Of a stretch of 64,000 nt of DNA, positions 1 to 14,364 are shown piece after piece. The notes under the pieces were generated by a model. The model searched no databases. It was given only the letters and a program-made list of their open reading frames with translations, and was not told the origin of the DNA. The DNA comes from Rotaria socialis. Its lineage: Eukaryota. The position numbers and the translations under genes are program-made. Numbering within the stretch: the stretch's first letter is position 1; every line of letters starts with the position of its first letter. The stretch spans positions 62,001 through 126,000 of the forward strand of contig CAJNYD010000256.1 of NCBI GenBank assembly GCA_905331295.1, in the 5' to 3' direction.

Positions 1-836
1 CGGCTAGCCATGGTTGTCGTACACCGACTAAAAAACCCAAACGACCACCTAATTATACGGGTTATCACGAAGAACATTCAGATGGTTTGAAACAAATTAT
101 TTTTTTGACTTCCAAAAAATAGTTTTCTTTTCTTTATAGAGGAAATTAGACAGATTGCTATTCATCATCATACTCTGTAAGTTTTGATCATGGTCTAATT
201 TCTCTTGATAGGCGAAACGGATTGTATAAAATAATAAATTCGGTGTAAATTAGACCCATTCTTTTTGTAGGTTGCATGTATAGTTAGTTTCACGCCATTT
301 CGTTTTATATGAACGGTTACAGTCTGTGAGAAGACTAGTAACAAATCAGCTTATCTTGTTTTCGCTGCACAATATCCTGATTCTTTGTTTCTTTTTTCTA
401 TGAAATTATTTATTTAGCAATTTTATACGAGTAGTTACCGGTACCCATTGTGTTTTATTTGAATTTGTGCCACTTCTGCTAGAGAAAATTTTCGGTTTAA
501 ATCTGTAATCAATTGACATTTTTGAGTTCAAAAACCAAATTGTTGTATTTCTTTAGAATTGAAACCTTAATGAGAAAAATACAAATGAATCTATATTTCA
601 TCTTGCATATATCTTAATTTTCTATCTATTAGGACGCCACCACCACCACCACCGGTTCCTACTGATCCACTTCGGGTTCGTCTTTTCCCCAATGATTCAG
701 ATGACGATACCAATAATAATCTTATTTATTCGTAAGATTTTTCATCTTTATCATTTATATAAGCATATTTTTGTTTTCTTTTAGTCGAAAATCTCCAATT
801 AAATTAAAATTCGACAGTAGTGGTGCCGAAGATTAG
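1..836 (+). CDS. 3' end of a multi-exon gene, product unknown (5' end lies outside the window)
   Basis: Short open exons separated by GT-AG introns: ASHGCRTPTKKPKRPPNYTGYHEEHSD | EIRQIAIHHHT ... CEKTSNKSAYLVFAAQYPDSF | NFIRVVTGTHCVLFEF ... TPPPPPPVPTDPLRVRLFPNDSDDDTNNNLIY | RKSPIKLKFDSSGAED-stop (TAG 834-836). Middle exon joins are uncertain. Confidence 0.6.
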
Positions 837-2655
837 AATAATTAATGAAATAGATTTTTTTTTTCTATTTTTTCCGGTGTTTACTTTCATACTTATTTGT
901 CAGATTGAGCAAATCACACAGTCATATATTTGTGAATCCTAATTCTTTTTGTTGTTGTTGTTGTTATTGTTGTATTATTATTACTGTTTATGAAAAAAAT
1001 GAAAATATACATTAACAAGACATATATCATAGATGATTTGATTATATCAAATCAAGATTATGATTTATAGTTAAATCTGCCAGCTAGTATTTATTTTCAT
1101 TCTGTATAGACTTGTACTAAAAACATAGTAGTTCTTTATTTATTTGTGCCCTTACTAATCATATTTTGTATGTTTAATTAGTTCTTTTCTTTTTTCATCT
1201 CGAATAAGTATGTTTGTGTTAAAATATCATTTTTCTATTATATACGACGCACTAAATCAGAAAAAGATTTTAATTTTAGATGGTGCCATTTTTCTTTTGA
1301 ATTTAAGCTGAATACAATTCTCTAGTGTTATTTACTAACAACAATGTTTATATGCATTAATTTAGGGTGCGAATATATATGAAACTAAATGCAATGTGTT
1401 TTTTTTTCGTGTGAATTCTCAACTACTATTTTCAGGAAATAAATCAAAAAACAGAGACATTTTTCTACATTGAACTCTTTGTTGAACGAAGATTTTAAAT
1501 TGCCAATCAAAAGTTCATCGTTCGCCTGTCAAATTGTTTAGCACCTATTAACTGTCATAATGACCTGAGGATGAAACATAAAAATAGTCAGAAAAAGTAA
1601 TAGACAAGAAAAAATCGATAATTGCATTTCGATGACATAACAGCACTTGTGATGAAGTGAGGCTAGAAATAATTTGCACTCTGCAAACATGCATGAAAAG
1701 TTGAGTTTGTTTTGCTTAGGAGAATTCTTCAATTTTTTCCAAAATTATTTATAATTCTCTGGAAACTATAACAAATTTAGATTTCTATATCGAAAATCAG
1801 TCGTATTCATACACTCTTCTTACGAATGTCAACAGTCTTCTTCGGCAAGACAATAACAATAATTATAATAATATGAAATGTGTGAAACGAAGAATATCTC
1901 ACGCATGATCATTGTCGTTCAATAGCAGTCAATTATCAGAAGTACTCTCTAATTTATTTATTCTTGCATTATAAATAGACATGATTTTCTTTTCTTTGAC
2001 TTCTACTAGATTATATTTGCATTGCTCATATTGATGTACTAATGATTGCCAAGTTTTATTTTATTTTCGTAAAGTGATTTCTATTCGTTTTATAATTTAT
2101 TTGTTTGAAAAGTAAGTTCGCTATGAATATCTAGTTACTTGATGGATCTTCAGCGGATCTCGACCTAATTATGGGTCTTTCGTGAAAAGTATGTGATTTT
2201 AAGACGATCATTATTAAAATTCAGCAATCGACTATGGCACAGTAGATCGCTTCGATTTCATGCTGAATATTTCAAATTGGCAAGTATTATAGTGTTGTAC
2301 GTCTAACAAAGTATCAAAAGAATTTTCTAGCTCAGGGCACTTCAAGACAGGCTATTGTATGTTTCAACCATGTCTGCCATTTGTTGCATAGATTGTTAAC
2401 TTTGTTTTCCTTGTTAAGAAGCGCTAAGAAGATGATCATGCATCGGTTCTCTTCAATTTTTAACCTAATATACATGTCACAGGAGAAATCCATTGTTATC
2501 TCGTCTACTATTAATACTATTTACAATGAATTGGTTATTTCTACTAGGCCAAAGCTTTGCTTGATTGATACTAAGAGAGCTAACATTAAAACTATACATT
2601 TTGATATCACCCATGATATTATTATTATGAGTTAAAAAACTGAACTAGCTAGAAG

Positions 2656-2960
2656 TAGTGGCGGCGGAGTCACTGAGACTCATGAGGCTTGAGCCTCACC
2701 TAGATTTCACAAGATGAGGCTCAGCCTCACTTGCTTTTTTACTGATTATTGCTATTTTTCTATTCTTGCATCAAAATAGGAGTAAAGAAAAGTATATTTT
2801 GGTATTTTCCAATCTCAGTTTTTATACTGACCATTTTTATTTTTACTGAAGTTCAATAAAAAAAGAGACTCATTTTCTGCTTGAAGCTTTCATAAAGTTC
2901 CACAATAGAAAAAAAAATATTACGAGTCTCACCTAGGTTAATGACGCTCTGCCGCCCCTG
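2656..2960. mobile_element. hAT-type MITE (~305 bp)
   Basis: Imperfect TIRs: left TAGTGGCGGCGGAG, right ...CTCTGCCGCCCCTG. 8-bp TSD gctagaag (2648-2655) / gttagaag (2961-2968) with one mismatch. Internal GAGGCT/AGCCTC repeats. Confidence 0.8.
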
Positions 2961-3434
2961 GTTAGAAGGGATTTCCTTCGGATATCTTATTCCACAGATT
3001 ATACGTCAAACTGCTCTTTAAACTTTCTTAAAATTCGTACATATATGAGGATGACACATTTTTTAAATTCCTTTATCAAAAAATAATATATTTAAGCTTT
3101 GAATTCATAATAATACTTCATAGACTAAAGAGCATTTTTCATGATGCTTTTTATTAGTAATAAGTCCAGATGACTTCGTTTGATTTACATAAACAATTCA
3201 ATACATTATTGATCTGATATCTGTCTGTACAGGTTTATTATTTTCGTTGGTCAATAAAACACAAGAATTAGCTGATACAAAAAATCTTGAGCTGGAAAAA
3301 ATACATATGCACAAAAGAAAAACGAAAAAAAATATCAAACGGCGAATTACATTCGAGTTTTAATAGATATAAAACAGTTTTTTCTTTGACTAGATAAAAT
3401 GTGATAATTTTGCTCCTTTAGTTTTTAAATTCAG

Positions 3435-6400
3435 TTACTCGTGTTCTTCTGTTAGCATTATTTTTGGCTTCTCCTTAATTCGATCAGTAAGACATTCTCT
3501 AAAAAATCGCCGTTGATAATTGAATGTGTCATTATATAATGTTGGATTTAATTCCAAATAATGATCCGCGTCTGGATAAACCTTTAAAAAAGAAGAAGAA
3601 GAAGAAGAAAAAGAAAACAAAATGTTTAATATATTCTTCAAATACGATTTCAAATGTGTACTTTGAAATCAAACGTAATGCCACTATCAATCAGAGATTT
3701 CGCTAAAGTTGCTGAATGTTTAAAATGTACAACTTCTAAAAAGGCAAAAAAAATGAACAAAAGTTATTTGATTAAAAATTTCATCGGTTACCATCTGCTG
3801 TTCCATGAACAATAGCTATACTCTTGTTGCGAATATTTAACGGGTGAGACTTAAAAATAAAAATAGAAACTCTCAAAAGGATAAAGTTCTAGTTCGGTCC
3901 CTTACAGACGTTGCATCAACCTTTAATCCATTCATTCGTTCACTAAAAATGGCATCTATAAAAATAAATGAAGTGACCATCGACAAATCAAAGAAAAACT
4001 AAAATCTTACGATAATGCGATAAATCATTGACAGGTGATTGAAGAAATGCACATACATATTCTTCGTTGTTCTTAATGCTTTCTTCTAATAATTTCAATG
4101 CAACAACAGCAGCTGGGCCCTAAAATATAGATTGATTTAATCAATCAATGATTATTAATGACGGTCGAATCGAGAATAAATGATCGCAATAAAGAAAACG
4201 ACATTAAATTAGAAAGAAACGAGAATATCCAAGAAGCTTGTGCATATTTTTTTATTTTGAATCTGTTGGAGCCTCTGATTTAACAAGATCAATTCAGGCC
4301 GCAATTTTCAAGGATCTATCAAAAATTTCAAAGAACATTTAAAAAAATTAACATGTCAGCTTAATTTCATACTTCATATTGGTAATCCTATTAAGTCATA
4401 GTTTATTTGCTATTTCCGGGAGCACTTATACGGCTCGACTATGAAAAGAACGACATTCTATTAAATTAAGGCTAACACCTACGGCCCTATTTTTTCCAAT
4501 CAGAATTTTGCTTTCGCTCATAATCTGCTTATTTGTTACTAGACTTGGGGATAAAGCAAGGCACTGATCTGTACGATTTTTGCGGGGAAGATAAATAATG
4601 AAGAAATTTCATTTTTTTCCTAATTCCTATCAGGATTTGTGAAAACGATGGATAGTTATAAAGCTCGTCTTTTATTTCCATTTAACCCTAAACAAGCATA
4701 TGCACTCAATAGAATTCTCCAAGATCATCCAATCATGGTTATACAAAACCAAATCGAATTTTGTCGTCTCCGATTTTAAATCCTTACGCGTGCTTTAAGT
4801 CCAAATCTTGCATGATTGAATATTCCATTAAATTTTTTTTCATTCCGTTTAAGATGTCTACATAAAATTAAAATCAAATCCATAAACTGTCTCGCTGGAC
4901 TGTCTTTCGTTTTCTTACTGTGCAAGTTTAATATAATCCTCATATTGTTGTTCGAACCAATCTTGAAAATTACTTTTTAAATAATTTTCATCTTGTCCTG
5001 CACTCCCGTGTGCATCAAATAGAACAATGCTAATATTATCATGGATAACTTGAATAAATCTAAGATTAGAAGAGAAAATAAAGATTTTCTTGTAATTAGG
5101 ATTTACATATATATATATAAATACTCTGTAAATGGTTGAACATATTTTTTATTTACGCGTTGAATAGACAATCGATCATTCCTAGAATTCAAACATACAA
5201 AAACAGATAAGATGAATAAGGATGATTTAATTTCACTGTCTTACATCATTACAATGACTGAATAAGATAATATTGTCACGTTTGGATTGTACTTCGGGGG
5301 TAAAATAATCATTCCATGTCCAACTATTAATATAAAATATATAGAATTCATAAAAATTGACTAAACATTCCAAGAAAACACGATCTTTAGTAAAAACAAA
5401 AAAGAGTATTTCTTGAGCAGAGGATCTAATAACGATGAGCTATAGTTAACATCTTGTTGCCAAATTAAATCATGTAAAAGAACATAACGTTCACCTATAA
5501 AATTATCGTATTGTAGTTCAACAGTTGTTGTTCGTCAATTCTCAAACTGTGTTATGAACTTACAGGTAAGATATTTAGCGTAGAGTAATACCAGAATAGT
5601 TTCGATTGAGAAGCTCACTGTAATGTGTTACGATAATTTTACTATTTTTCAATCGTAAGACAGAATAATATGCTAAGCATTTCTCTTAGAATATTATTTA
5701 TTAGTCGGTTTCAAGATCTTGAGAATATATATAAAAGTTTCACATTAGCCGATGATCGATTAAATCAATAGCTTGAAAGGAAAATGTCAGTGTGATCGAA
5801 TGATTAGAATTCAATATACTGCTATTAATTATAGAAAAATATATTTTATTTCTTTATCTGCATTTGTTTAATGGGCGAGTTGAATTTTACATCGGTTCCA
5901 TATACTAGTACTGAAGACTTGATCTATCAGTGCATAATGACATGAAATGAGACTTTTCTAGATGAAGATGGTACTGTTCCTGTGGGAACGTGTTGACTAT
6001 AAATATTGTATATGATTTTCTTAAAATAATGTCATGTTGAAGGTTACATAACATTATTCTGTGAAATATAATCTAAAAAGGACTCCTGAAGTATCAAGCT
6101 AGAAACGGGTACTATATATTGCCTTTTCTTTTTTTATGTGGTAATTCTATTTTTGATATAGAATCAACGATCATATTTTTATTATTTTGGTCGCAATATA
6201 AACTAACTTCTTAATGTCATTTATATTTAATTAAATCATTGGAATCCTAGAGGAAAAACTCATCCCAAAATAGATAGAATACAATCATATTTGTATCCTT
6301 GATAGCAACAGGACCGCCGTGCTTTTCGTTTGAATCTTATTACCATGACACTAAAACCTTTTTAAATTAATATAATTAAAGCATAATCGACGTCAGAGTT

Positions 6401-9400
6401 GAAGATAGAATCTAACAGTAAGGAGAAGCTAAAATTCATATTTTCTTTTATTTGCTAAAGTGTTTGTGGTTTCGCGAAAAAAGCTCTTTCTATTGGGGCA
6501 ATTCAAAATAGTAAAGTACAAATGAAAATTCTTCTTTTACACTATATAAATTATTGTTTACCTGTATCTTTTTGATCTAATGGTACTGTAAAATACTCAA
6601 TATGAGGCATTAATCGAGCCTGGACCCACATTCTATAGGGCTCATTGTAATTGATAAGAACTAGAAAAAAAGATTAAAATATTTCCAGTCAAATAGAATG
6701 AAGAAGAAAATCTATTTTTTACTTAATCTTTCTTTTTGATTATATAATGTTGAATAAGGTATTGATGGTCCAAAACATTCAAGTATATAATAACTTCCAT
6801 TGCGAAGACTAAATTGAGCAGTAGCGTAACCACATGATTCATTGCATGATAGACATTCAATATGAGATTTCGAATATGAAAAACTCCATCTATTTTTATC
6901 GAAAGCTAAATTTTAAAAAACTGAACGCAAAACAAGACACGAATTTTACCGATAAACTTGTTTTGCCAATGAATCATTATGAGGTGATCCAGTAAAATAA
7001 ACTTGACCTAAACTATTAACATGAATTATTTCATCTGCATTGATGTCTTCGGGTGACTTAGCATTTATTTGTGGATACTAAAAAGTACGAATAGAAATAA
7101 ATTACCGACTTTATTTTATCGATGCCAAAGAAACATACTGTTTGATTAAAAAGTATTCTTACAACACGTGGGAAAATTTTTCGTGTTGATTTACCAATAG
7201 TTAATGAATCGAACCGTATCATATAAGCATATGTACCATTCGATGAAAAATATGGTTTAAGAAAACGTAATAGCAAAAGAGGTTTTCGTGTCTCATCAAT
7301 AAATTTAGATTTAAACATTATTTTATCATTATGAATCTCATATAATTGAATTATAGTTGAAGTTTGCAAACGATTTCCGTAAACAACAGATAAACAAGTA
7401 TCGCCACACCAAACAACATGGTAGACGAATATATCTGATTTTTTACTAAAAAATTTTAATCAAGGAATAAATATTATTTGGAACAAAAAAAGCAGAAGAA
7501 TTAACATATGGCACACTATTTGACTAATCGATGACAAAATCTTGTTATCCTGCCTACGTTAGAATACACATTTCCTTGACATTGTCATCCAAAAATAGAT
7601 TGAAGAGAGTTACACGTAGTAGAATGTTATTTATATATGGTCTGTGACAGAGAGTTAGGAGGAGATATTTCTATGATAAATCTATATCAATTCCAATTTT
7701 CAGTCTTATACTTGGGCACAAATTTTAGATGATGATTCATAAAAAGATGATTTGAAAATTTAATCTTACGTTTTCCCGTATTCGATCGGTCGTGGTACAG
7801 AGAAAATTCTTCTAGATTTCAAATTATAGATACAAACATCAATCAACGGTAGTGGATCTTTGTATTTTGGATATGGTATAGAATATTGATCGTCATTTTC
7901 CAATGTTAAGTCATACCGTAAATAATGAACCTTTGGTATTTTTGTTAGATTCATTTTAATAAAAGCTAAATAATCATCATTTGGTGACCAAAATAGAAGA
8001 ATATTTTGATTGAAAATTTCATCTAAACAACAAAAACGATAGTTATTACATATTTTCTTATTTGTGAGAGTACAGTTCGAAAATAAAAAATTCCTTGCAA
8101 CTCAAACCTTTTTTTTTTAATAATCGATAATCAGATTAGAACATTTTAAACATAATGAAAATTTACTATTAGCTACATATCTTCTCAGATTCTAAATTTT
8201 AATGAAATCATTCTGATAATATGTGCAAACTATCTTATTAATCATTTGCTTCTTTATCTGTTCTTTTTTTATGATGTAAAATTCATGATGAGTAAATCAA
8301 TTCGTTTCTTCCTTTACAGCTCAATATGAAAGAAAAATGTGCGGAAGTTTTCTGTAATCTTACATTCATAAATCCATTCGACCAGACCATTATGTATAGT
8401 ACTACGATTGCCATCTGATGTTACTCGGTAACTTGTTTTTGTGTTGATATCATATATGTAAACATCAAAATTATGAATAAAAGCCTAAAAATAGACTTCT
8501 CTTATGCGTTTTTAACATGATAAGAAAAATAGAAACCACTTACAAATAAATGATCTGAATGAGAATATAAAACAGCTGATAGAGAAATTTTTTGTTGGTC
8601 AGAAAAACTCATTGGTGCGATCATTTTTGACTTTTCATAAAGATCATACTGATAATCAGTATAATATGGACGTATCTAATAGAAAAAACAAAATTATTTC
8701 GGAATGAGCATTCATGATTAATTTTGTTTACTTTTTCCTTTCTAATTGGTACAAGAATATATCTTGCTGATGGAGAAACAATTCCATGGCCAATATTTTC
8801 TTGTTGTATAATATGTCTTCGAAATAATAATTCTTCTTTTAGTGTATCACAATTATAGATCCATATTGAATCATTTATATCCAAATAGGAAAAATATTTA
8901 TCAGATATCCATGTCCCATTCCAACTATATTTCATCAAATGAAATAAAAGTAAATAAGAAAAAAACAAGAAAAAGAAAAAAATAGCAACTAACGGTTTAG
9001 GTGGTTTTATATTAACGATATCCTCTTCAGTTATCGAAAGAAGTTCATTTTGAGACGTTACTCGTTCTAAAATGAAGTATTTCGATTTTATATAATTACA
9101 TTAATAAAGAAACTTTTCACTTACGCATGCTTGCTAGGAGCATGGCACACAAAATGAATAGACAAATAATAGTAATGACTACGAAGGCAATGCATAGGCC
9201 TCTCCAATTTTGCTGCTTACTGGGACCAACTTCAAATTCCTGCCAAACAAAATTGTTCAATATATTAATTTTGTCAATTAAAAGTCTCTAATTTTAACTC
9301 TAATTTTTCTAAAATATCTTACCAAGCAAAACGAGCAAAATCCTAAGAAATTCTTTTCATTATCATTGTCATCCTGTTGTTGTTGTTGTTTTTGTTGTGA

Positions 9401-9409
9401 AGCAAGCAT
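3435..9409 (-). CDS. Inactive dipeptidyl peptidase-like type II membrane protein (DPP6/DPP10-like, S9B family), multi-exon
   Basis: Exons read MLASQQKQ...FCL | EFEVGPSKQQNWRGLCIAFVVITIICLFILCAMLL (juxtamembrane NW-x-G plus TM, as in DPP6/10), then beta-propeller exons (QYSIPYPKYKDP), then hydrolase exons FDAHGSAGQD, FGLKAR|GPAAVVALK, HGTAD|EVVHFKHSATLAKSL, VYPDADHY. Stop at 3435-3437. Confidence 0.9.
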
Positions 9410-10109
9410 GAATGATTTTATTATAGGAAAATTAACAATTAAAATAAATCGATTACATTGCTAGTATTCATAGAAATTCATTCAATAATAAAAATTCCAA
9501 AATATATTTTGCGTCGAGACAACAACGTTTCTGCTTTTCAGATATTATTTCTATTTTCAGAGTCTCAGTATGATGATATCATTAATAAAGTGTTGAATGA
9601 TATCAGATATAAATTACCTATCGTTGTGCATGCATCTATTTCTTGATCTATATAACTGAGCGACAATGCTAACAGATAATATCATCATCAAATCTTTATT
9701 ATACATAAAATATATAACTTATCAGATATAGAGCTAGACAATATCATATTCATGAGATACAATCGTTTAGAATTAGAACTCACCCTATAGTGTATCATGG
9801 TAGCCGTTAATTGATCAAAGATAAAGAAATAATCAACTTCTTTTCGAAAGTGAATTATATACGTTCTTAATTGTTGTTATCGATATAAAATAATAACGAT
9901 CAATTTAATGGAAAATATAAAAAATGAAACCTGCACAGAGTATCAGTAAAGATATCTATTTCATGTTAGACTAGAACGACCTGCAGTGTATGTCAAAATT
10001 ATTCATCCACTTCTGCAATCTACTTCTATTTTGTTTGCTATTCAAACACTATCAAAGCTAGAGGGTTCCAGTTTCCACCATCGTAGAGTTCACTAGTTCT
10101 AGTATATAG

Positions 10110-11553
10110 TGGGTGGCGCATAAAGAATTAAACTGTTTGTATTTTGAATATTTCTCTTTTATTCTCCGTTAGATTGAGACATATTTTTCTATCAAAAGAT
10201 GAAGGTTGAAATTCTCTACAAAACCGTATATGATTGGGATCAAAAATTGTTTTAGTCATATTTGAAAAAGCATGAAAAGTAAAGAGGTACAAACAACTGT
10301 AAAAAAATGAATATGAAAGTGGTGATGGAGCGACGAAAATTTTTCGCGATTTAGGTGGAGTAGTTGCATTACCAACAATTAAATTGTGGATTAAAATGAT
10401 CAAGGACACAGGATCTATCAATTTGTCTTATTCTTCCGATCGCCCACACACAGTTCGAACAAAAAGTAATATCTTAAAGGTGAAACACCGTCTAGCTCAG
10501 AAGAAACAAGTGTCAACAAGAAGATTGGCTGCTGAAATGAATATTTCAAGAAGAAGTATCCAGAGAATATTACGTGAAGATCTTGATTGTTTCCCGTACA
10601 AGAAAATCAAGCAGCCAAATTTGACTGATCTTCAAAAAAAAGGAAGAGAGTTAAATTTGCAAATTGGGTATTAAATCATTACACCAAAGAAGAAACCTAA
10701 AAATGACTGTTTACTGACGAAAAGTATTTTGATTTAGATGGTGTATACAATGTTCAGAACGATCGTGTACGGACGGTCAGCAGGGAAGAGGCAGATAGAC
10801 AAGGTGGTATGCATCAAAAAACAAAATTTCCAACAAAGGTGATGGTAGGGTTTGGTGTATGCAGTGAAGGTTTAACAACATCAGTGATTTTTGAAGATGA
10901 TACTATGAATGCGGAAAGGTACATCAAAGAAGTTCTTCCAATAGCTCGTAAATGCGGCAGCAATATATTAGGAAACTACTGGACATATTAACAAGATGGA
11001 GCAAAACCTCACATACATCACGTGACTCAAGAGTGGTGTGCTAATCCTGATTTTATTTCGAAGGATCGTTGGCCACAAAATTCGCCTGATTTATGTCCAT
11101 TAGATTACAGTTTATGGAATGAATTGGCTGAATCTATCGGCTGGGACAACATAACAACAATAGCAACAATGATAGACGAAATCGAATGTTCTGTCAAAAA
11201 CATTAAAAAAGAAAAAAATTTACATTCTGTACTTGATTTTACTGTACGATTACGCCCCATGTAATAAAAACCGCATGAAAATCGACGGTTAACCGCGGTT
11301 TTACCGGTTCGGCTACTGGCTCCCATTACCGCAGGAAGGATAAATACCGCGGTTTACCGCAAGAAATGATCCGGTATTCGCAACATGGGATCTAATCCAA
11401 AAAAAAATGGAGGAGCCTATATTCGTTAAATAAGGCATACCTTTTCGTGTAGAATTTCAAGCGCTATCTTTTGATAAAAAGTATTTCAATCAAAGGGTTA
11501 GTAGAGGAAAAAATTCGGAAATACAAACAGTCTAATTCTTTTTGCGCCACTCG
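10110..11553 (+). mobile_element. Decayed mariner/maT (DD37D-like) transposon with its own ~115-bp imperfect TIRs and a pseudogenised transposase
   Basis: Inner inverted pair GTGGCGCATAAAGAATTAAACTG... (~10112-10225) and ...CAGTCTAATTCTTTTTGCGCCAC (~11440-11550). Transposase fragments: HTH (STRRLAAEMNISRRSIQRILREDL), FTDEKYF, QDGAKPH, WPQNSPDLCPLDYSLW, C-terminal NGGAYIR*. Stops and frameshifts are present. Confidence 0.85.
11256..11389. mobile_element. CCC...GGG MITE (134 bp; probable CMC/EnSpm-type) inserted in the transposase 3' end
   Basis: Termini CCCATGT / ACATGGG, GC-rich interior with ACCGC/GCGGT repeats. Removing it plus 2 bp restores the frame ...VRLR-LIQK. Confidence 0.75.
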
Positions 11554-12889
11554 TTCGATGAGCATTTTATGGCTCTAGTTTACTTTAATGTCTGATTTAT
11601 TTAAAAAAGTATAAAAAGAAAAGCAAGTTTTAGCGCTGCAAAAAATTATTCACCCAGATTAAACGAAAATAGTACTTTCAGTTCATAGTTAGTATTGGTG
11701 GAAGATTTCTATATACTAGAACTAGTGGACTCTACGATGGTGGAAACTGGAGCCCTCTAGCTTTGATAGTGTTTGAATAGCAAATAAAATAGAAGTAGAT
11801 TGTAGAAGTGGATGAATAATTTTGGCATCCACTGCACTTCTCTTGTTTTTAAGATATAGATCTTTTCTTTTTAATCTCATCTGCCTTTTGTTTATTCTCT
11901 TGATATGATTACTTATATCATGATTTTTCGTGCTTTTCTACTATTTTATTCATGATAGTTCGAAGCACTAATCGGTTTGATTAAAAATGAAACAGATGTC
12001 AAACTTATCTTAACCAGGAGATTATTATCAGTTGTTGACGACTGTGAACTATAGAATCAGAAAAGGAAAGAATATGAGAAAATATGTTAGAAAACGATAG
12101 ATTTATTTCTATCGAAATACCAAACACATTTTCTTATCTTATCGAATCGATGTTTCTCACATTTAGTAGATATTCATATTTTCTCTTACTCTATCTCTCT
12201 CTCGTTATGGTAGTTTTTCCTTTTTACTAAATGATTTTCATATTCAATATCTTGATAAATAAAAGTAACTTATCGATTTCTTATGAATAACATAAAATAG
12301 TTACTCGTTATTTTTCCGCCGGTACAAGTATCATAATGATACAAAAGTTAGAAAAAAAGAACTTCAGGCTATTTCTAATAAAAGAAAAATCAAATAAATA
12401 TTAGATTTATCCTATTAATAGCCGAGAGTTGTAATGATTCCGTGCATTATCGAAATTAAAAATAGACTTGTCATTAACATGCAATTATAATAGATGATAA
12501 TTGAATTCAATAAAACTAGAACATAATTTAATTGTGGTCAAGTAGCCAATGTAGTTAAAAAAATATAGTATCTCTGTAAAATTATTTTGAAAAACGCTTT
12601 TAGAATTATATTGATATTCGATGCAATTTATTAACAAAAAGAAAACTTGAAAAATTACCAATTAATTTTATATTTTATATATCCTATATACGCGTAGTTC
12701 ATTCACTCATTTTACCTGTATACGTCTAATTGATTCCTCCTGTTGTAGATGATGAAAAATAGTAATCATTGTTGTTTTTTTTGCTTTTCCCAAAAGATCG
12801 ATATTATTTGAATAGTCTACAGTTGTGTTTTACTTATTTTACTAACTGGTAAAGCAAATTTCTCTAATGGACGCATGAAGACATTTAGT

Positions 12890-12923
<34 letters not shown>

Positions 12924-14364
12924 TATCAACCTTTTAAAAAATGACAAGCACTTGAGAATAAGACAGTATTCTTAATTCATTAGTTCACTGCCACAAGTAC
13001 AGAAACAGAACATGAAATTATGCATACAATCTAGCATGCTTACATTAAAGTTATTTCTTATCAAAATGGTTTATAAATACTTTATAGAACTTACCGGCAT
13101 AGTCATGAAATGAAGCATAAAAAAATGTTATCGATGCTTAAATATATATAGAGATGAAGTAACTATATTTTTTTTAGGGAGAAAAATATAGAGAAACAAA
13201 TTTTGTTGCATATGTTTGACAACATACTTTTTATTGCAATAGTTAAATCATTATAATAATTTAGTTAAGATTTTTATAAATGCCGATGTATATATTGTAA
13301 AATATTTCTTAATCAATAAGCCATAGCTTATAGTAGTTTTCTTTTCTTGTATGTGAGAGTCAACAAGGAAATAACGAATGAAATATTTACCTTCATGTTA
13401 AACTCTGTTGAGAACCAATAAATATTTAACAATAAAATGTATGACGAATTTTTACGTCAACTCTAGCATATAGGCTAGTTGATGGATAAAAACAAACATA
13501 AATCTTTACCATATCCGAAGTAGGTCAATACTAATTATCTGTCATGGTTCTTTTCTACTTTAAAAAAACAACTAGAATAGTGCTGTTTTGTATAATTGAT
13601 GCGATTATTTGTTTATCTTTAGCGATTAAACTTTTATTGTAGAAAAACAATCCATTTCATACAGGTTTTCATTTTTTTAAACAACAATCACATAATAGCT
13701 AATAATTAAAATCAATTAAATGGTAGTAAATACACTCAGATTAAATCATCATTTAGAATTAGAATAAAAATTGCTAAAATGAAAAGCTTCTTTTCGAATC
13801 TATGTCATGAATACCAAGAGAATAAGATCGAAAGTGAAATCTGGAACTGTTGAAGTTCGATTGTTAAAATTCAATGCTTTACTTTGCAATACTTAAAGCA
13901 AATGAGAACACAGAAACTATGAAAATCAGGTAAGTGAAAGTTGATTATAAACCAGTTTGATACTCTCATATAAGCTGAAGTAAAAATCAATGGAAATACC
14001 AAATTTTAGAAGAAAATTTTGTAAACAACAATTGTTGATCACAATCGGTGAAAAGAACGAAAACTCTTTAGAATACTCGACTCTCGCCATAATTACAATA
14101 ATAAATATTCCTATATGTTTGTTGACTAATGCTTATCTTGCAAGAACTATTACAACAGACATTGTTAACTGTGTAGAGATAAATATGACAACCAATATCT
14201 GTTTAAGACATATGCCTATGGTTTATATATTGTCTTTATGTATCATCATAAGATGAAATACTTCATAGGCTATTAACCGAGAGTTTGCTAGTTCTAACGA
14301 CTGCTATGAAGATGTAGTAAACGGAGAACAATAATAACTTTTCACATAGCTTCGTAAGTAAATA

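Larger units (their letters stand above)
9984..11834. mobile_element. Outer Tc1/mariner-type non-autonomous element with 126-bp TIRs, containing a nested mariner
   Basis: 9984-10109 (CAGTGTATGTCAAAATTATTCATCCAC...) is a near-identical inverted copy of 11709-11834 (...GGATGAATAATTTTGGCATCCACTG). CAGTG termini are typical of Tc1. Confidence 0.85.
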
